A stretch of 64,000 nucleotides of DNA, from contig MU004192.1 in NCBI GenBank assembly GCA_010093605.1, positions 1,186,882 to 1,250,881 on the forward strand. The letters are read 5' to 3'. Source of the DNA: Lophium mytilinum (Eukaryota). How positions within the stretch are numbered: the stretch's first letter is position 1; each line of letters opens with the position of its first letter. Shown piece after piece: positions 23,408 to 37,845 of the stretch. Position numbers and translations under genes: made by a program. The notes under the pieces were generated by a model. It did no database searches. It was not told the origin of the DNA and worked only from the letters and a program-made list of their open reading frames with translations.

Positions 23408-26226
23408 CTAAATCCAATCGTCCGAGACACGCTCTGCGTTCTTCACTTTCTGGTCCTTGCCGAAATCCAGTCCGAGACCTAGATTGTTGCCCAAACCAAG
23501 ATTCGGGGCTTCGATCATTGGAGCCTTTTCTGCTTTCTTGGGGCTCTTCTTAGGGCTGATGGGCATGGCTCCATCGCCACCGTACATCCTGACGGTCCTG
23601 GCATCCCAATCATCCGCAACGGCAGCGCGGACCCACGTCTTGAGGCCACAGTGGACTGCGGCGTAGTACTTCTCGCTGCAGGCTCTCAAGTAACCCAGCA
23701 ACTTCTCGAATCCAGATGCCTTCAGCTCGGTACGGAGGGCATCTCTGTCTTCCCTCTCAGGAAGCGAAGCGATCAGTCCGTTGAGAAGGTCGAGATGAGT
23801 CGCCAGGTAGTTCGAAGAATCCCACTCCACGCCACCGACATATGGCTGAGCTGCAACAATGGGCCGTGGACCTGGGAAGTGTGTTTCTGCGTACACTCTG
23901 CCGTCCTCAATAGTCTTCGGCATAGGAACAACGTTAGCAGAATGATTGAAGATCCAAAATACCTCCTTCGTAACGTTGTTGATTTCGCGACACCAAACAC
24001 GATACGGGCGTGGCTGATGCATTTGAAGGACGAATGGGACAGCTTGGGCTTCTTTCTCGTTGACGGGATCCTTCAGGTACGACAGGATTTCCCGAGCTCG
24101 GGATCCACGTTCAGCCAATGGGGCAGACGAAAGATGTGCAAACAACAGGCTGAGAATCAGATCTCGCGTGGTGAACTCGCTAGGGCCTTTGTGCTCTGGG
24201 TCAAAGAGCATTCCGATCAATGCTGGGAAGAGAGTTGAAGAAACGTTGCACAGTTCCTTCAGAGCAAGGTCGGTGGTGCATAAGCCCTTTAGGCAGCGGA
24301 GAACTTCGTGAAGCAAAGTGTCTTCATGCTCCTCCCTAGAAGTTGATTAGCGTACGCTTTTGAAAGATGGTGACAAGGACGCCTACCGCCATTCCACCTC
24401 CAGTATCCGGTGAAGGAGGCCCACTAGCTCTGTCATACCGCCTTGACGCATGAACCCATCAACCCATTCCACGGTCTCGTTCCTGAGAAGCTGGCGTAGC
24501 TTGTTCATTTTGCCGACCTCAACTACTTGAGGCTTCTGCACCTTTCGCATGTAAGAGACAAACTCGTCCGGTGTGGCAGGCTTGGGATGCTTCGAGAAAA
24601 AAGATGATCCCTGAGAGCCATTCATCGATGCAAGAGATTTCGAGGACGGAGACTTAGGAATCATCGTCTTCGTTGAAGATGATTTGGGAAGGTCTCCCTC
24701 CGCCTTCTGCTTCTTAGTGGGAGAATCGCCCTTGCTGAACGTGAAGGCTCTGCTTCGTGGCCTAGTACGTTTGGAGGCGCTCGTGGACTTAGACGCATCT
24801 GCAGCATCAGTAGCCTCGTCTTCATGGGACCCATCCCGGGATTTCGCAGATCTACCAAGAGTAGGACGCTTAGATGCGCCATCGCCCCAGAGAGAGCGCT
24901 TTGTTGTAGCCTCCTTTGCTGGCTGAGGCGTTGGCTGGGTTGCTTCAACCTTGTGCGTCCGAACAAAATTGGCTTTGATATCATGAGTAAGGGTTCGCAT
25001 TTGCATGCGTTGGTGCTCTGGAATATTCCTGGACTCCTGAGCTATTGTTAGCGATATCGCCTCACCGATTTCGGGTGAGTTCTTACCAAAACGGCTTCGA
25101 ACTCCTCATCGAGAGACTTCGGACTCAAAGGTAGTGACGCGCTAACTTCAGCTTCCTTCGATTTTCCATTGAAGACTGCGACTGCAGCCATCACGCGGGC
25201 ACCCTTTTGGGCTACAGCTTGTCCCTGCCTGGGTTTATCATCCATGGACTTGCGGCCTTCGGAACTTGTGCGTCTCAGCATTCCCCTAGTGGTGACCCCC
25301 CTCGAACTGGTATCGTCTCTTCCCCTGCTCTCATTTCCTTTCGTAGCGGACAATGGCGCTCGCTCGCCACTCATTTTTCTAGACAGAGTCTCCATGAAAT
25401 TGGAAGCCGACGCGGTGCTTGGCAGGAAGGTGGACTTGGGCCTCTCTTTTGAAGCCGCTCCCGCCCGCTTCTGCAGCGAAGGCTGGCCATAGTCGTAGAA
25501 GTTCCGCTGCTTAGATGGAGAGTATTCGGTCGGCGTATAGAGGGCAATCTCTTGTTCGATAGATCGACGGTCGTTGAGAGGGATGGTGCTTGTGGTTCTA
25601 ACTTCTTGGAAGGGCTGCGAGCTGAACTGAGCCCAAATCGGAGTCTGCACTTCTGATGCTATAGCCGACCCAGGCGGTGTGGTGTTCTCTTTGTCTCTCG
25701 CATGGTGGGAAGCTCGCTTGTCCTCCTTGGGATTCTTCGACTTCTGGAATACTGCGGCTAGGTTCGTAGATGATTTGTTCTTCTTCGGACTTCCAGACTC
25801 GTCCTTTTCCGCACGGGCTCGACTCGGCTCCCTCGAGCGCCTCTTTTCCTCTCTATCCTTGTCCTTGCCTAGAGATCGCAACGAGACCGAGCTAAGAGTC
25901 TTCTTGTGTAGGCCTTTAGGCTTGGCATCCTTTATGTCCTTGGAATTCCGTGACGACGCAGGGTTGCTAGGAGGGTTCTGGATTTGACCGAGGACTCGCT
26001 GGGTATGAGGATGGTCGGGAGGGAGCATAGGCAATGCGTTCATCTTAGATCTCGGGTCGTATGACTGCGTGGTCTGGGGCTCCTTGATGCTCAGAGGCGT
26101 GCCATCTGATGGAGTCTTCTTGTGTCCCTTCGAGACCATCAATGACTTGAGCACCGAAGTAGAGGACTTGTTGCGCCGGTGGCCTGGGCGCTCAGCTCCC
26201 ACATTGTGAGCTGCCTTTGGATCCAT
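23408..26226 (-). CDS. Formin GTPase-binding (GBD/FH3) domain protein lacking FH1/FH2
   Basis: Three exons. Motifs KLRQLLRNETVEWVDGF and EVEWR|EEHEDTLLHEVLRCLKGLCTT. Confidence 0.8.
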
Positions 26227-26789
26227 GGTCGTGAGCTGTAACGGCGTGGATTAGTGTCTGCAAGTGGAGCCGTTGGGGTTGGTATACAACGCGTACCAAG
26301 CAATTCTCCGACGCGGGAATCCAGTCAATGGTTCCAGGAAGTAAAGGATGGAGGCGTAAGGAACCAATTGCTAAAGAAACATAGAAGAAAGGAAATGTTT
26401 CGAGGGGTGGCTCGCAGCTCTGGGCTAAATGATGTGCGATGTCTTACTGAATTGATTTTCGCGGGCGGGATCTGGGCAACAACATCCGTTCGTGCACGGG
26501 CCACAGAACGTCGTCCGGACAACTATGAAAAATCACGTGAAAGCTCACATGCACGAGAGCGCCGCGACTCTTCAAAAGAATTATCGAGCAAACTGTCGTG
26601 CAGGGTTAGTGAGTTGTGTCCACTCATGCTAGGGTGATATAATTTATATTTGAATTCGACTCTCATCAACCATTACGGAAGACTTCAGAATATGTACACG
26701 AGCTTCGACAATCAACACCAATTGACTACATCTCAGTAGAAGACATGTAAATCAAATTTTCACTCTTCCCCCTCTACAACAAATATTCT

Positions 26790-28103
26790 TTAGTTAGTTC
26801 CACCATTGTACATGTACCCACACGGCCCATTGCTGACTGTAAGTTGGAACCCTTGAGGTGGAGCGCCAACGAGGAAGTACTCTGAAACGGCACTCTGTGC
26901 ACCACAAGTTCCTGACGCAGTCGTAAAGATGAAGCAGGTGTTGCCATTCGCATTCCACGCGACGCCGGAGCAGGCCGTGGCGCGCTGGCATTGCTCGCAG
27001 CAGTCAAGGGCCGATGTACTAGGCGCCCTAGCGAAGCTACCGGCGTTGTGGCCGGCGTTCACAATGATGGTGCCGTCGGAGAGAGCTGGACCAAGGATGT
27101 TGTTGGTCGCGCACGCTGCGAATGAGGTCTGTGTCTGGCTGACGGTATTTTGGGACGTGCTAGTAACTGGAAAGGCGGTCGTGATGGTTTCCTCCTCGGT
27201 CACAGTGAGCGTGGTGGAGAAACTACGATGTGTTAGCTTACACAGGATAAAGCACCTCCGGGAAGCAGACATACCTCTCCGTAACAGAGACATCGGCAGG
27301 GACCTCAGTCAGTGTGGTCGTCTGGGTACTTTGGACGGTAGACGTCACGGTTTTCGGCGGCAGAGTCTTGGTGATCGCCTTGCCAACAATAACGACGGTC
27401 TTTGTGACCTGCTTCTGGATCTGCTTGAGACCTTTATGGCGTGTCAGCAAAGCGAGGTTAAGAGCTGGGACTCAGGCGACTCACATTGAACCGCAACAGG
27501 GTAGGTCTTGGAGTTGCATCCTCCTTTCGTAGCCTTCCGCTCCGCAAGGTCGCTATGAGGGTGCTGGGCAGCTCGCTTTCCCTTAGCAGGAGTACCAGGA
27601 TATCCGCCCTGAGTGTCCGCAACGGGTAGGAATCCATCTGGAGTCGGGACGGTGTACACGGCTGTCACGGTCGTATCTGGAGCGCCGATAACTGTCGTAA
27701 AAGTTATAGTATAAGTTTGAAAGTCTGTGACGGTGGCATAGTCGGTTGACGTCGTAGAGAAAGCTGCGTGTAGTTAGCCTAACTGAGCACGATCAGCGTT
27801 AGGATTGGATGCGAGCTTACTATCCGTGACGGCAAGATCGGTGTAAGTCTCTGTTATAGTCGTTTCTGAAACAACGCTGGTAGTGATTGGTTTTGCCGAG
27901 GTGGTGATAGTTTTGTGGGTCGTAGACAGAACAATCTTAGGAAGCAGCGTTACAGTCGTAGTCTTCGTGCTCGTAGGAACCTTCTTGATGGATTTGGAAG
28001 ACAGCTTGGTCGTGCATTTCTGGACGGTAGTGGTGCCGGTGTTTAGGGCCGAAGCAACCAACGCGGAAGAGAGTAGAAGACCCAGGAAGTTGACTGAAAC
28101 CAT
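26790..28103 (-). CDS. Secreted Ser/Thr-rich protein with C-terminal Cys-rich PAN/apple-like module
   Basis: Signal peptide MVSVNFLGLLLSSALVASA, Thr-rich exons, KR site and C-terminal ALDCCEQCQ...CSG...CF...SNGPCG. 3 introns. Confidence 0.78.
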
Positions 28104-30779
28104 CTTGGAAGAAGGAAAATTACTTTTGCAATAGCGTGTGGACAAGAAGAAGGAGGTGGAATGAAGAGCAAAAAGTAATAGCAGGTCGCGGCGTAGATAT
28201 ACTCACGCCTCTTGGTTTTACGGCCAACGCCATGGTGAGCTCTAGGTGCAATGCGAACAGGAGGCGCGCCTCAAATTGTAAGGGAAGCTTTGTGGCTGGC
28301 TAGGCCTTCGCTGATATGTCGATGGGAGGATTGACAGCCCTGGAGCAGGGGGGGCACCGACGACGTGGGCGTCAATGCTAAGCTTTTGGCTCGATCCGGG
28401 ACATTTCCTATTGACGCCAAAGCGGATGCGGCGTTGGCATCCGGTAGGGTGGTGCTGTCAAGCTCGTTTGAGCGGCAAGTGTGGAGAGAATGACACGGGA
28501 GTGAAGAATCGGAGTGGTCCGTAGTCAAGCCCCTGACTAGTCCCGCTGATAAACCCTGGGATGCGGGCCCAGAATCACGGCGTGCCGCAAAAGTTCACGC
28601 TGCACCTCATCCTTCATCAGCCTCGTGGGCTCGATTGCGCCTTCTCCGCCCTCCGCATTGGCAGCCGCACCAGAATAACCCTTCACAGGTCCAGGAGCAC
28701 AATGCCATATCCAACCAGAAGGGTCCGGCAGGGGGTTGGCCACAGGGGTAGGCGAAAAGGCGTGGCCATAACTCCAGGGTCCGCCTCGGAGCGTCCATTG
28801 CTGCAGACGCCCTAGATGAGGCTGCTTGAGTAGAGAAGGCGGACGTGAAGACGGCGGTGGAGACGCCAAGGGTATGTTAGCCAGAGGACGCGGAAGAAGA
28901 CAGATAAGTAAAGTATGCCCGTTCGAAGCAATAGAGTCGATCCCAGGGAAAGCTTTCTCCTCGACTGGACACGTGTAAACCGTGAGGAGACTTTTGTGTC
29001 CTTCCGGGGGTTGCTTTGTTTCGAGATCGTCCGCGGCTAAGTCGCGCTGCTTGTGGACTAGAAGGAAATATTCAACCTACCAGGCTACCTACATCCAGAA
29101 GAGACGAGGCCCAGTCAGGCTACGTCGAATAGTCAAAACATTGCGTCTCCCACCGTCCATTGATCATGTTAACAGGCTTATGTCTTCAACGAGGACGCAC
29201 TCAAGAGACCCTAAGACTAGGTACCTTACCGCGCCAAGCAGCTACGCGAACATGATGCTAAGATCATGTGCTAATGCTTTTCAAATATAATACAATTTTG
29301 TGTTAATATAATGGGATAATAATATCGTATAAACCACATGCTATATAGATATAATTTTAAGGGTTTAAAATATATTTTATTAAAATAATTTTAAGATAAT
29401 ATATATTAAGTAATTAAGATAATATTAATGCAACATGTTATTTTATATTAAAATAGCATTATATATAAAATAGTTTTTTAGCTAGAATATAATTTCTATG
29501 CAATATATTATTTAGATTTAATATAGTATTAATAGGAAAATAATTTTTAGCGCTAAATATAATTTTAAGCAAATATAATTTCTAAAAATAATTATTATAA
29601 TACTATAATAAGCTATAATATAATATTATAAGAGTAGGCCTCTAGTCCCTATAATTAGTTTTATAATACTAATATAATTATATAATCTATCTTATAGAAC
29701 TCTAAAAGTAGTATAAAACTAGATTTAATCTACTAACTTTAGGTCTAATTACGCTAACTTCCCCTACGCTAATAAATACTAATCTAAGCCCTAACTCTTC
29801 TAGCCCCCTTAGTAATATAATATTAGACGGATAAGCGGGTTATTAATATAGTTAAAAATCCTATTTTAAATCTACTATATTATCCTCTAATTCCGGCCCG
29901 CGGAGGAAATACTCTAAGATTCTTAATACTATAATCTAAAATACTGCTACTAGTATTAAAACTTATAATAGATATAGACCGTAAGAGAGTTACTAAGTTA
30001 TATTACTTTAGTACTCTACCTACGCGTTAAACGTATTTTAAGTCTAGATCTAAAGTAGATAGTTTTATATCTATACCTTAGTTAGTATTTAGTAAAGAAG
30101 ACTAGGTTCTATATACTTTTACCTTAACCTTTATTATTATTATAAGAGCCCTTTATATAATATATAAAAGCCTATAGATATATTATAATAAGTTATCTAA
30201 AATTATATAGTATCTTAGTGGCGGCTTATTTATATATTAAAAACTTTTAGAGAATATAAGGCGGAGTATAGTTTTAGGTTAGAGAAGAAATAATAGAAGG
30301 TTAGCCTTCTTTTAAGTATATATATATAGTCTTTTAAAAAGGTAGATAGCTAGTAGTAGATTAAAGAATAGTATTATAGATATAGAAAAAAAGACTCTAT
30401 TAAATTAAGTATTAGTATCTTTATAGTATTATTAGAGAAAATAACTTAGTATCTTATAGGCTTTAGCTCTTTATTAAGCTCCTCCTCTATACGTCTTTAT
30501 CTATTAATATTAGTACTTACGCGACTAAGGGAATTATACCTAGTATTTCTAGTCCTCCTCTAGCCTTCCTTTAACTATAATACTAAGGCGCGGTAATATT
30601 ATCTAAATAGAGAAGTCTACTATTTATTTACTATTATACTAGCTTTAGATTATTTCTATTAGACTAGTTCTATATACCTTCTAGGTATACTACTAAGAAG
30701 TTATATATTAGTTATTACTAGAGTAAGAAGCTAGAAGCTATATATTAGCTAAGAGATAGATAGTAGTAGCGTATAAGAA

Positions 30780-31610
30780 GTTTAAGATAAGATAAAAGTC
30801 TTTAGATATAACTATATAAATTAACTTATATATAATAGTTTTTAAAGTATCTAAAGGTATTACTATTAAGTAGTTTAAGTTCTAGCTAAAAAGAGTTAGG
30901 GGGTTTTAGCTTTATCTAGTTAGACTAAGGGTTAGTAAAGAGTAGGAGAAATATATAGCGTATATCTCCGCGAATATTATAAAGTAGTAGGAGTAAAGAT
31001 TTATAAGTATTATTATAAAGTTTAAGAACTTAAGGTATAAAGACTAGTAGAAAGAGAGTATATAACTATACTCTAAAAGAAAAGAAAAGAAAAGAAAGAG
31101 TTTTAAGAAATAGATCTATAAAACTAGTTAAGAGTTATAAGTAATTAGATAAATTAACTTTCTAGCTATTATAGAGGGATATTTAGAACACGTTCTTTAT
31201 AAGTATATATAATTAATATAAAGAATTTCTAAGACCTTAGAGGCCTTAGAAAAGACGTAGAGTAGTATATAAAACTTCTATAATAGCGTTATAAAAGAAT
31301 TATTAGTATACTAAGAATAGCTAGAAGGAATTAAATAGGCTATACTATAAGATATATAAACTAGGTCTATAGTATATAAGAGAGGGTTAGAGAGGTATTT
31401 ATATATTAGCTTTAGGCAATACTAGAATATAAAGAAAGACTTTAAGAACTAGTTAGAGGTTCTTAAAAAAGATAAAGAAGAAGAAGTTATAGAAACTAGA
31501 TCTAAGATAATTAAGAAAGAGAATAAAAGCTTTAAGAATTAGATTTATAAAGAGAAGAAAGCTATAAATCTAGAGTCTAATTTAGAAGGTATAATAAGAA
31601 GTTTAAAATA
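30780..31610 (+). pseudogene. RIP-degraded putative coiled-coil gene inside the transposon
   Basis: One frame de-RIPs coherently to E/K/Q-rich text (KEKKRKSFEKQI...ISETLEALEKTQ...FENQLEVLEKDEEEEV). Stops are TAA/TAG, consistent with CAA/CAG/TGG ancestors. Confidence 0.4.
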
Positions 31611-31985
31611 GAAGACTTAGAATTAACTTCTAAGATATAGCGCTTAGAATTAGCTCTTAAAAAGAACTTTAAAAAGGAATACTTAGAATTAACTTCTTAA
31701 GACTTAGCGCTCTTAAATAAAACCTTAAAAAGGAACATTTAAGACTAGCTCTTAGAAAGAACTTTAAAAATAAATACTTATAATTAGCTCCTGGAAAAGA
31801 TATATAAAAAAGAACGCTCTAGAAAAGAACTTTAAAAATAAATACTTAGAATTAGCTTCTAGAAAAAGACGCTTCTAGAAAGAACCTTTAGAAAGAACTT
31901 TAAAAATAAACACTTAAAATTAGCTCTTAGAAAAGACGCTTCTAGAAGAAACCTTTAAAAAGAACTTTAAAAATAAATACTTAAA
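31600..31985. repeat. Tandem array of ~68-bp units
   Basis: AGAACTTTAAAAATAAA recurs at 31758, 31826, 31894 and 31961, with degenerate copies further left. Confidence 0.85.
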
Positions 31986-33275
31986 AAGGTATAGTAGAAA
32001 GTAGTATATAAATAGCCTTATATAAACTAGATATAGAAAAGATCTTAGAGAAGTATAGTAGAAAGTAGCGTTATAAATAGTCTTATATAAAAGGCATATA
32101 AAGAAGATATAAAAAAGTTATAGAGAAAAGGAGCCTTATAAATAGCCTTACTTATAGGGAATTAATTAGAAGCGGAATCTATTAGGGGCGGTCTAATAAG
32201 AAGTAGGCGTAATAGGGAGTTTATCTTAAATTAATAGAAAGTAGCAGCTAAGATAGGAATTAAGACTATAGAATTAGATAGATAAGAGGCGGAGGTAGAT
32301 AGATTAGTAAGTATAGAAACATGGATAGAGTAGATATATAAGTATATATATATAGGCTAGCTTAATTATAGTAGATATAAGATAGAGTTTAGTATATCTC
32401 TAGTAGTATATAATAGGGTTTAGCGTATCTATAAAAGTAAGAAATATAGTCTACTTAGTCTATACCTATAGGGAGTATAGATAGAAGAGTACTTACCTAT
32501 AGAAATAGGGGTCTAAGAGGTATTTTATAATAGGGATAAAGGTCTAATATTACCTAAGATATAGGGAGGAGGGCGTGTAAGGTATTTTATAATATCTTCT
32601 AATGCCTAGAAGATAGTTAATAATACTTAATTATATTTTAACCTAATTTTTTAACTTAATAGTAGAGTTTTTAGCTTTAATTCTTCTCTACTCTATTTCT
32701 AGACTTAGCTAATAGTAACTAGCTTACTAATTAGTTATCTAGATAGGTTAGAGATAGATTTATAGTATTTTAGTTTATAAAATATTATAGGAATTAGAGT
32801 TTAGAATTTTATAATAATAAGTTTTCTATAGAGGAAAGAAAGGCCTTATAACTTTCTTAGTATCGCCGATCTTACTTCTTAATACTAAACCTATCTAGCA
32901 CATCTCTTATTCTAAGACGCTAAGAATCTAACTTATACTAGTACTTAAAAATAAATAATTATTTTAAGTAAGAAGGAATTACTATAGTAAGTAAGCTATA
33001 GCTTAAATATTAGATTTCTTAAATTATAATTTAAACTTAGAGTACCTTAGCTCTACTACTACCTATAATGGCGAGCGTTATATAATAAGTAGATTAAATT
33101 TAGATAATAGGCTATTTAGACTAGTATTTTATATTTCTATATCTAGCTTAAACTATTTAAAGGCTCTATAGAAAATAAAAATACTTAGATAGTATATATA
33201 AAACCTAGAGTATTATATTAAAAGTTCTACTATATATTTTTACCTATATTCTAGTTAACCCTCTACTTTAAAACC

Positions 33276-36200
33276 TTAGAGAAAGTATATATTCTAGTCT
33301 ATATAGAAAAGCTCTCTACTTTTACTTCTATTTAAAAGAATCTATATCTACTAAGAGCTAACTATAGATAGGCCTACTATAAGTCTCTCTACTATTATTC
33401 TTAGTTTAGAAACCCTTAGAAGCTAATTCTTATTTTCTCTTCTAGCCTTAGTTTCTTCTTCTACTACTTTATAAGTTGCGTTAAAGCTATTTATAAGTAT
33501 AGTAATAGTAAAGAGCCGCTACTTACTACCTAGCTTATATATAAAAACTCTATTAAGTTACGTAATCTAAGTATTTATTACCTTAATAAAATTCCTAACT
33601 ATAAAAATAATTCTCTTCTTTAAAACCCTATATATTTTTATAAGTCTCTACTTAGTAAAGTATTAAGATAAAGTACTTTTAACTTATAAATTAGTAAATA
33701 TAAGGCGCTAGGCCTATTAAAGGCTACACCTTCTAGTTTTAATAAGGTTAAGAAGTCTATACTCTCTTCTATACGCCTTTAGTAATTAGAAAAGAAATAA
33801 GCTATTATAAGAAAGTCTATAGGGAAATATCGCGCTTATAAAATTATTACTTCTAGCTATAATAGTCTTAGTAGTAAAAGTAGTTAAGGCAGCGGGTTAT
33901 AGATGCATTTTATCGGCTTCTAAGTCTAGTATACTTCTATTTATCTCTAGTATATTATCTTTATTTATAGCGGCATTAAGATCTTATAGAAGGGTTAGGT
34001 ACTTTAAATCTATAGTTATAAATATCTAAAATAAATTAGAATTTAATACCTTAAAGGCTCCGGCTAGTATAAATCTAATAAACTAGTAATAGTTCTCTTA
34101 ATTAAGAAGGGTTTTAGAGGCATTATAGTAGTTAGTCTTTATAACCTATTTCTTATAATTACTAGTTTATATTAGCTATATAATAGTAGTTCTTAAATTT
34201 AACTCTACTTATCTATACTTTACCTTACTAAGAAATATAAGTATATTCTAAGTAGTTCTATATTCTCTAATTATTTTAATATAGTAGAGTATAGTATAAA
34301 TATTAGAAGTTTTATATAACCGCTTAAATCTCTCTATCTTCTTAATAGTAGTCTTATTACCCTTTATCTACTAGCCTAGAAGAAGAATGTCTACTAGATT
34401 CTTTTTCTTATTCTATCTAGCATCTATAACTAATTAGATATTAGACACTTAGATAGCCTATAAGTTAATACTTAATACTAATAGGCTTCTAGCGGGCGCT
34501 TTTACCTTACCTTTACCTTTAACTATTATTTTTTTAGGCGCCTTCTTTAATGCTTTAGCTGCAGCCTTAAATAGGTTCTAGTAGTGCTTGCGGCCCTTAA
34601 TATATATATATTTAATATATTGCCTATCTACTATCTAAATAATAGGCCTAATAATTAAGGCGTTAGATTAAGCTATAGTAGTATAGTAATAAATAATTAT
34701 ATTAATACTATCTAGGTTCTAAGAGGTGTAATAGTTAATAATAGCCTTAATAGCGGCTAAGAACTTTACCTCTACCTTCTTAGGTAAGAGCTAACGGCGG
34801 AGAAGAATAGAAGTAATAATACTAGCTTAGGTATATTTCTGCATCTAGTAGAATTTAATATAGGTTTTTAGAGACTATAGTCTACCCTAGCCTAGAGAAA
34901 ATAGTATTATAGAGAGCTCTTAAATATAGCTATTATAGAAAGCGGGTTTAATAATTATAGTAAAGAGAAGAACTTACGCATTCTTTAATATTTCTTAGAA
35001 CTTAGAATATATAGTATTACTAGGTTAAGACTATATAATATCTAAGGTAGAAGTAAGTAGAATTAGTAGTATCTACTCTTCTAATAGGCTAAGAGATATA
35101 AAGATCTTATTTTAGGCTGTCTTTAATTTTTAAGCTACTTTAGATCTAACCTAGAGAATCTTATAATAGTAGTAACTATTCTAAATAATATTAAACTTTA
35201 TATTTCCTCTCTTCTTATTTATAATAAGATAGTAATAGTATCCTTATTAGGTATTTTAACTCTTATAGCTAGAGTTTACTTACTACTAAGGTATATCTTT
35301 AATATAGTATATAGTAGGTGCATATAGAAATACCTTCTCTTTCTTATTTACCTTAACTATTACACCTAATTCTAGATTGTAAAGATAAGATAAAGCCTTA
35401 ATAATATTAGCCTATTTACTCCTAAAAGGTCCTAGAGTAATAGGGAAAATATTAGACTTTTAGCTATAATTACGCTTATTAAAGAAGGCTATTATAGTAT
35501 AAACGCTAGTAATAAATTAATATATATTCTAATATAGGCTAAAGGCATTAATAAATATTATATATAGTAAGAAGACAACCTTTTTAGTATTAGTAGTAAA
35601 ATTTCTAACTAGATATTTACGCCTATATACTAGAATCTTAAGCTCGCCTCTAATTAGTAAAGAAAGGCCTAAGTACTAAATTTAGCTTAATAAAATTAAG
35701 AATATATAATAAATAGTATACTGTTTAGGCCTTAGTATAGAATTTAAAGTACTAGAGTTATAGGTATAATCTAGATATATAGATTCTTTTTACTATAGAA
35801 TTATAGTTTAGTCTAGAAAAGTATTACTCTAATTATTAATAAGAAATATCTTAGTTAGCCTATTTAGTAGTAAGATGCTAATAGCAATATTATATAGCTT
35901 CTTAGGCAGTTCTTAAAGCTAAAAAGCTCTTAAAGTTAATAACTTAATATTACTAGGTTAAGGTAATACTATAGTAAAATCCCGGCTAATAAAGAAGACT
36001 TAACTAAAATACTACTCTCTATACTCCACGTACTATATAAAGTCTAATAGAAAGATAAAGTTCTAATCTAGGTATTAAGTAAACTTACTACTTATAGTTT
36101 AAATTAATAAGCCCTATAAGATAGAGTACTATAGTTTAGATAGCTAATTAATAATTTAAGCTATTCTATAATATATCTAAGATACTATAGAGTCTAACTA

Positions 36201-37100
36201 TAGTATAGTTCTAAAGACCTCTCTTATATTAAATAGAACTATATCCTTAATAAGTAAAGAGTATAAAGAAAGAATAGACGCGTCTAGATTAAGTACCTAA
36301 TAATATATTCTTAATAGAGGTAGCTAGTCCTTAAGCTCTTTTCTTAAGGTGTCTACTTAAGTAGAAAGCTTAAGAATTTTAGAAGGAATAGAATATAGTA
36401 GCTTAAGTATAGTAAGTAGATTAGTATATTACTTGCGTAAAATTAAATATTTATTATAATAGAGATTTAAGGTAAGATAAAAGAGCTCTATTATAAAGGA
36501 GAGCTATTAGGGGGGGATCTCCTCTAAAGAATTATCCAGTAGTAGAAGTAAAGAGTAGGTTAGTAGTAGTATAGTAGAGAAGTCTATAGTTACTAAAGAT
36601 ATAAAGACTACCTTAATACTATAGTTTATATTAATATCTATATTCTCTATAAAATACTTCTAGAAGTTAACCGGCTCTAGCTACTTATCTAGAGGCGCCT
36701 TATTAACTACTATAGCATTATAAATACCCGCACTAGATAGCCTAGTAATATTCTTAGTATTACTTAATATCCCTATTTCTTCTAACTCCTTAAGTGCCGC
36801 TAGTACTAATACCTAATTAATAGTCTTAATAGCGTTATGCAACTAATAGGGTAAGCTTTTAGTAGACTTAGTCTTATCTCTAAATCCTCTATTAGACTAA
36901 TTATTATCCTTCTAAGTATATATATTATATCTAGTAGTTAAGAGAAAGCACCCTAAGTAATAGCCGCGGGGCTAAGACCGGGTTAGTAAGGGTTAAGAAT
37001 AAGATAAGGTAGTTTACTTTAATTTAGAGGCTTTCTTGCGCTTTTTTAGAGGGGCTAGGTCTAGAATAGGTAGAGGTAGAAATAGGTTACGCAGTATTAT
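33276..37100 (-). pseudogene. RIP-mutated CACTA/EnSpm-like DDE transposase gene
   Basis: De-RIPped motifs: N-terminal PPKKRKK; IRGELEI..YGR; FIDAFGLYRNMY (D ~35547); NIFPITLGP; GDMPQQQ.NSG.K...GCxxC (D ~35295); PNIH.MLHY...EYG...N...LGE.KH (E ~34224); one short intron; C-terminal VGLP...DW.V.FL* with stop at 33276-33278. Confidence 0.85.
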
Positions 37101-37845
37101 AGTTAAGGGAGAAGTATTTAGTAATATATATAGTAGAGGGGTTAAGTAGTAGTAGAGGGGTTAAGTAGTAGTAGAGAAGAATATAAATAATTATAATATA
37201 TAATTATATATATCTAAAAGCTAGATATATATATATTAAATATATAGAGATATATTTATAAAATATAATTTAAGTATATTATAGAAGAGTTATTAGTATA
37301 GTATAGAATTAGATTACTATAATAATAAAAGGGGCATGGATAGAGTAAAAGAAAGGGGCACGTGCTAGATAAAAAAAAAGAAAAGAAAGGTAAAAAAGAT
37401 TCCTACTAGATCTATGCATTTTCTTAATAGAGATTTTTTTCCTCTATAGAGGATTTATAACTATAATTTTAAATATAAGTTATTAATTTAACTATTTACC
37501 TTTTTAAACTATAGATACCTTATACTATATAGTGTATTTTAGGGATATATTCTTTTTAAATAAGTATTTCTACTAGTAGGTAAAGATAGTAGAGGATTTA
37601 TAACTATAATTAGGCTAGCCTTAGTAGGGTAGAGTGCGGCTAAAAAATATTAGTACTTAATGCTAGAATAGTAGTATAGGCACTAATATTATAACTAAAG
37701 TATGCGGAGAAAATATATAAAGTGCCTAGAGAAAATATATAAAGTACTTTAGTAAGATATATAAAAGGCTAAGAGAATAGACTTAGAGTCTATATAATAT
37801 TAAAAGAATTATTATAAAATATTTAGACTTCTATTTATAAGATTT

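Noticed and set aside
28271..29221. Gene disrupted by the transposon insertion (with 41835-42230)
   Set aside because: The rejoined flanks give only short coding-like stretches with stops and no identifiable protein.
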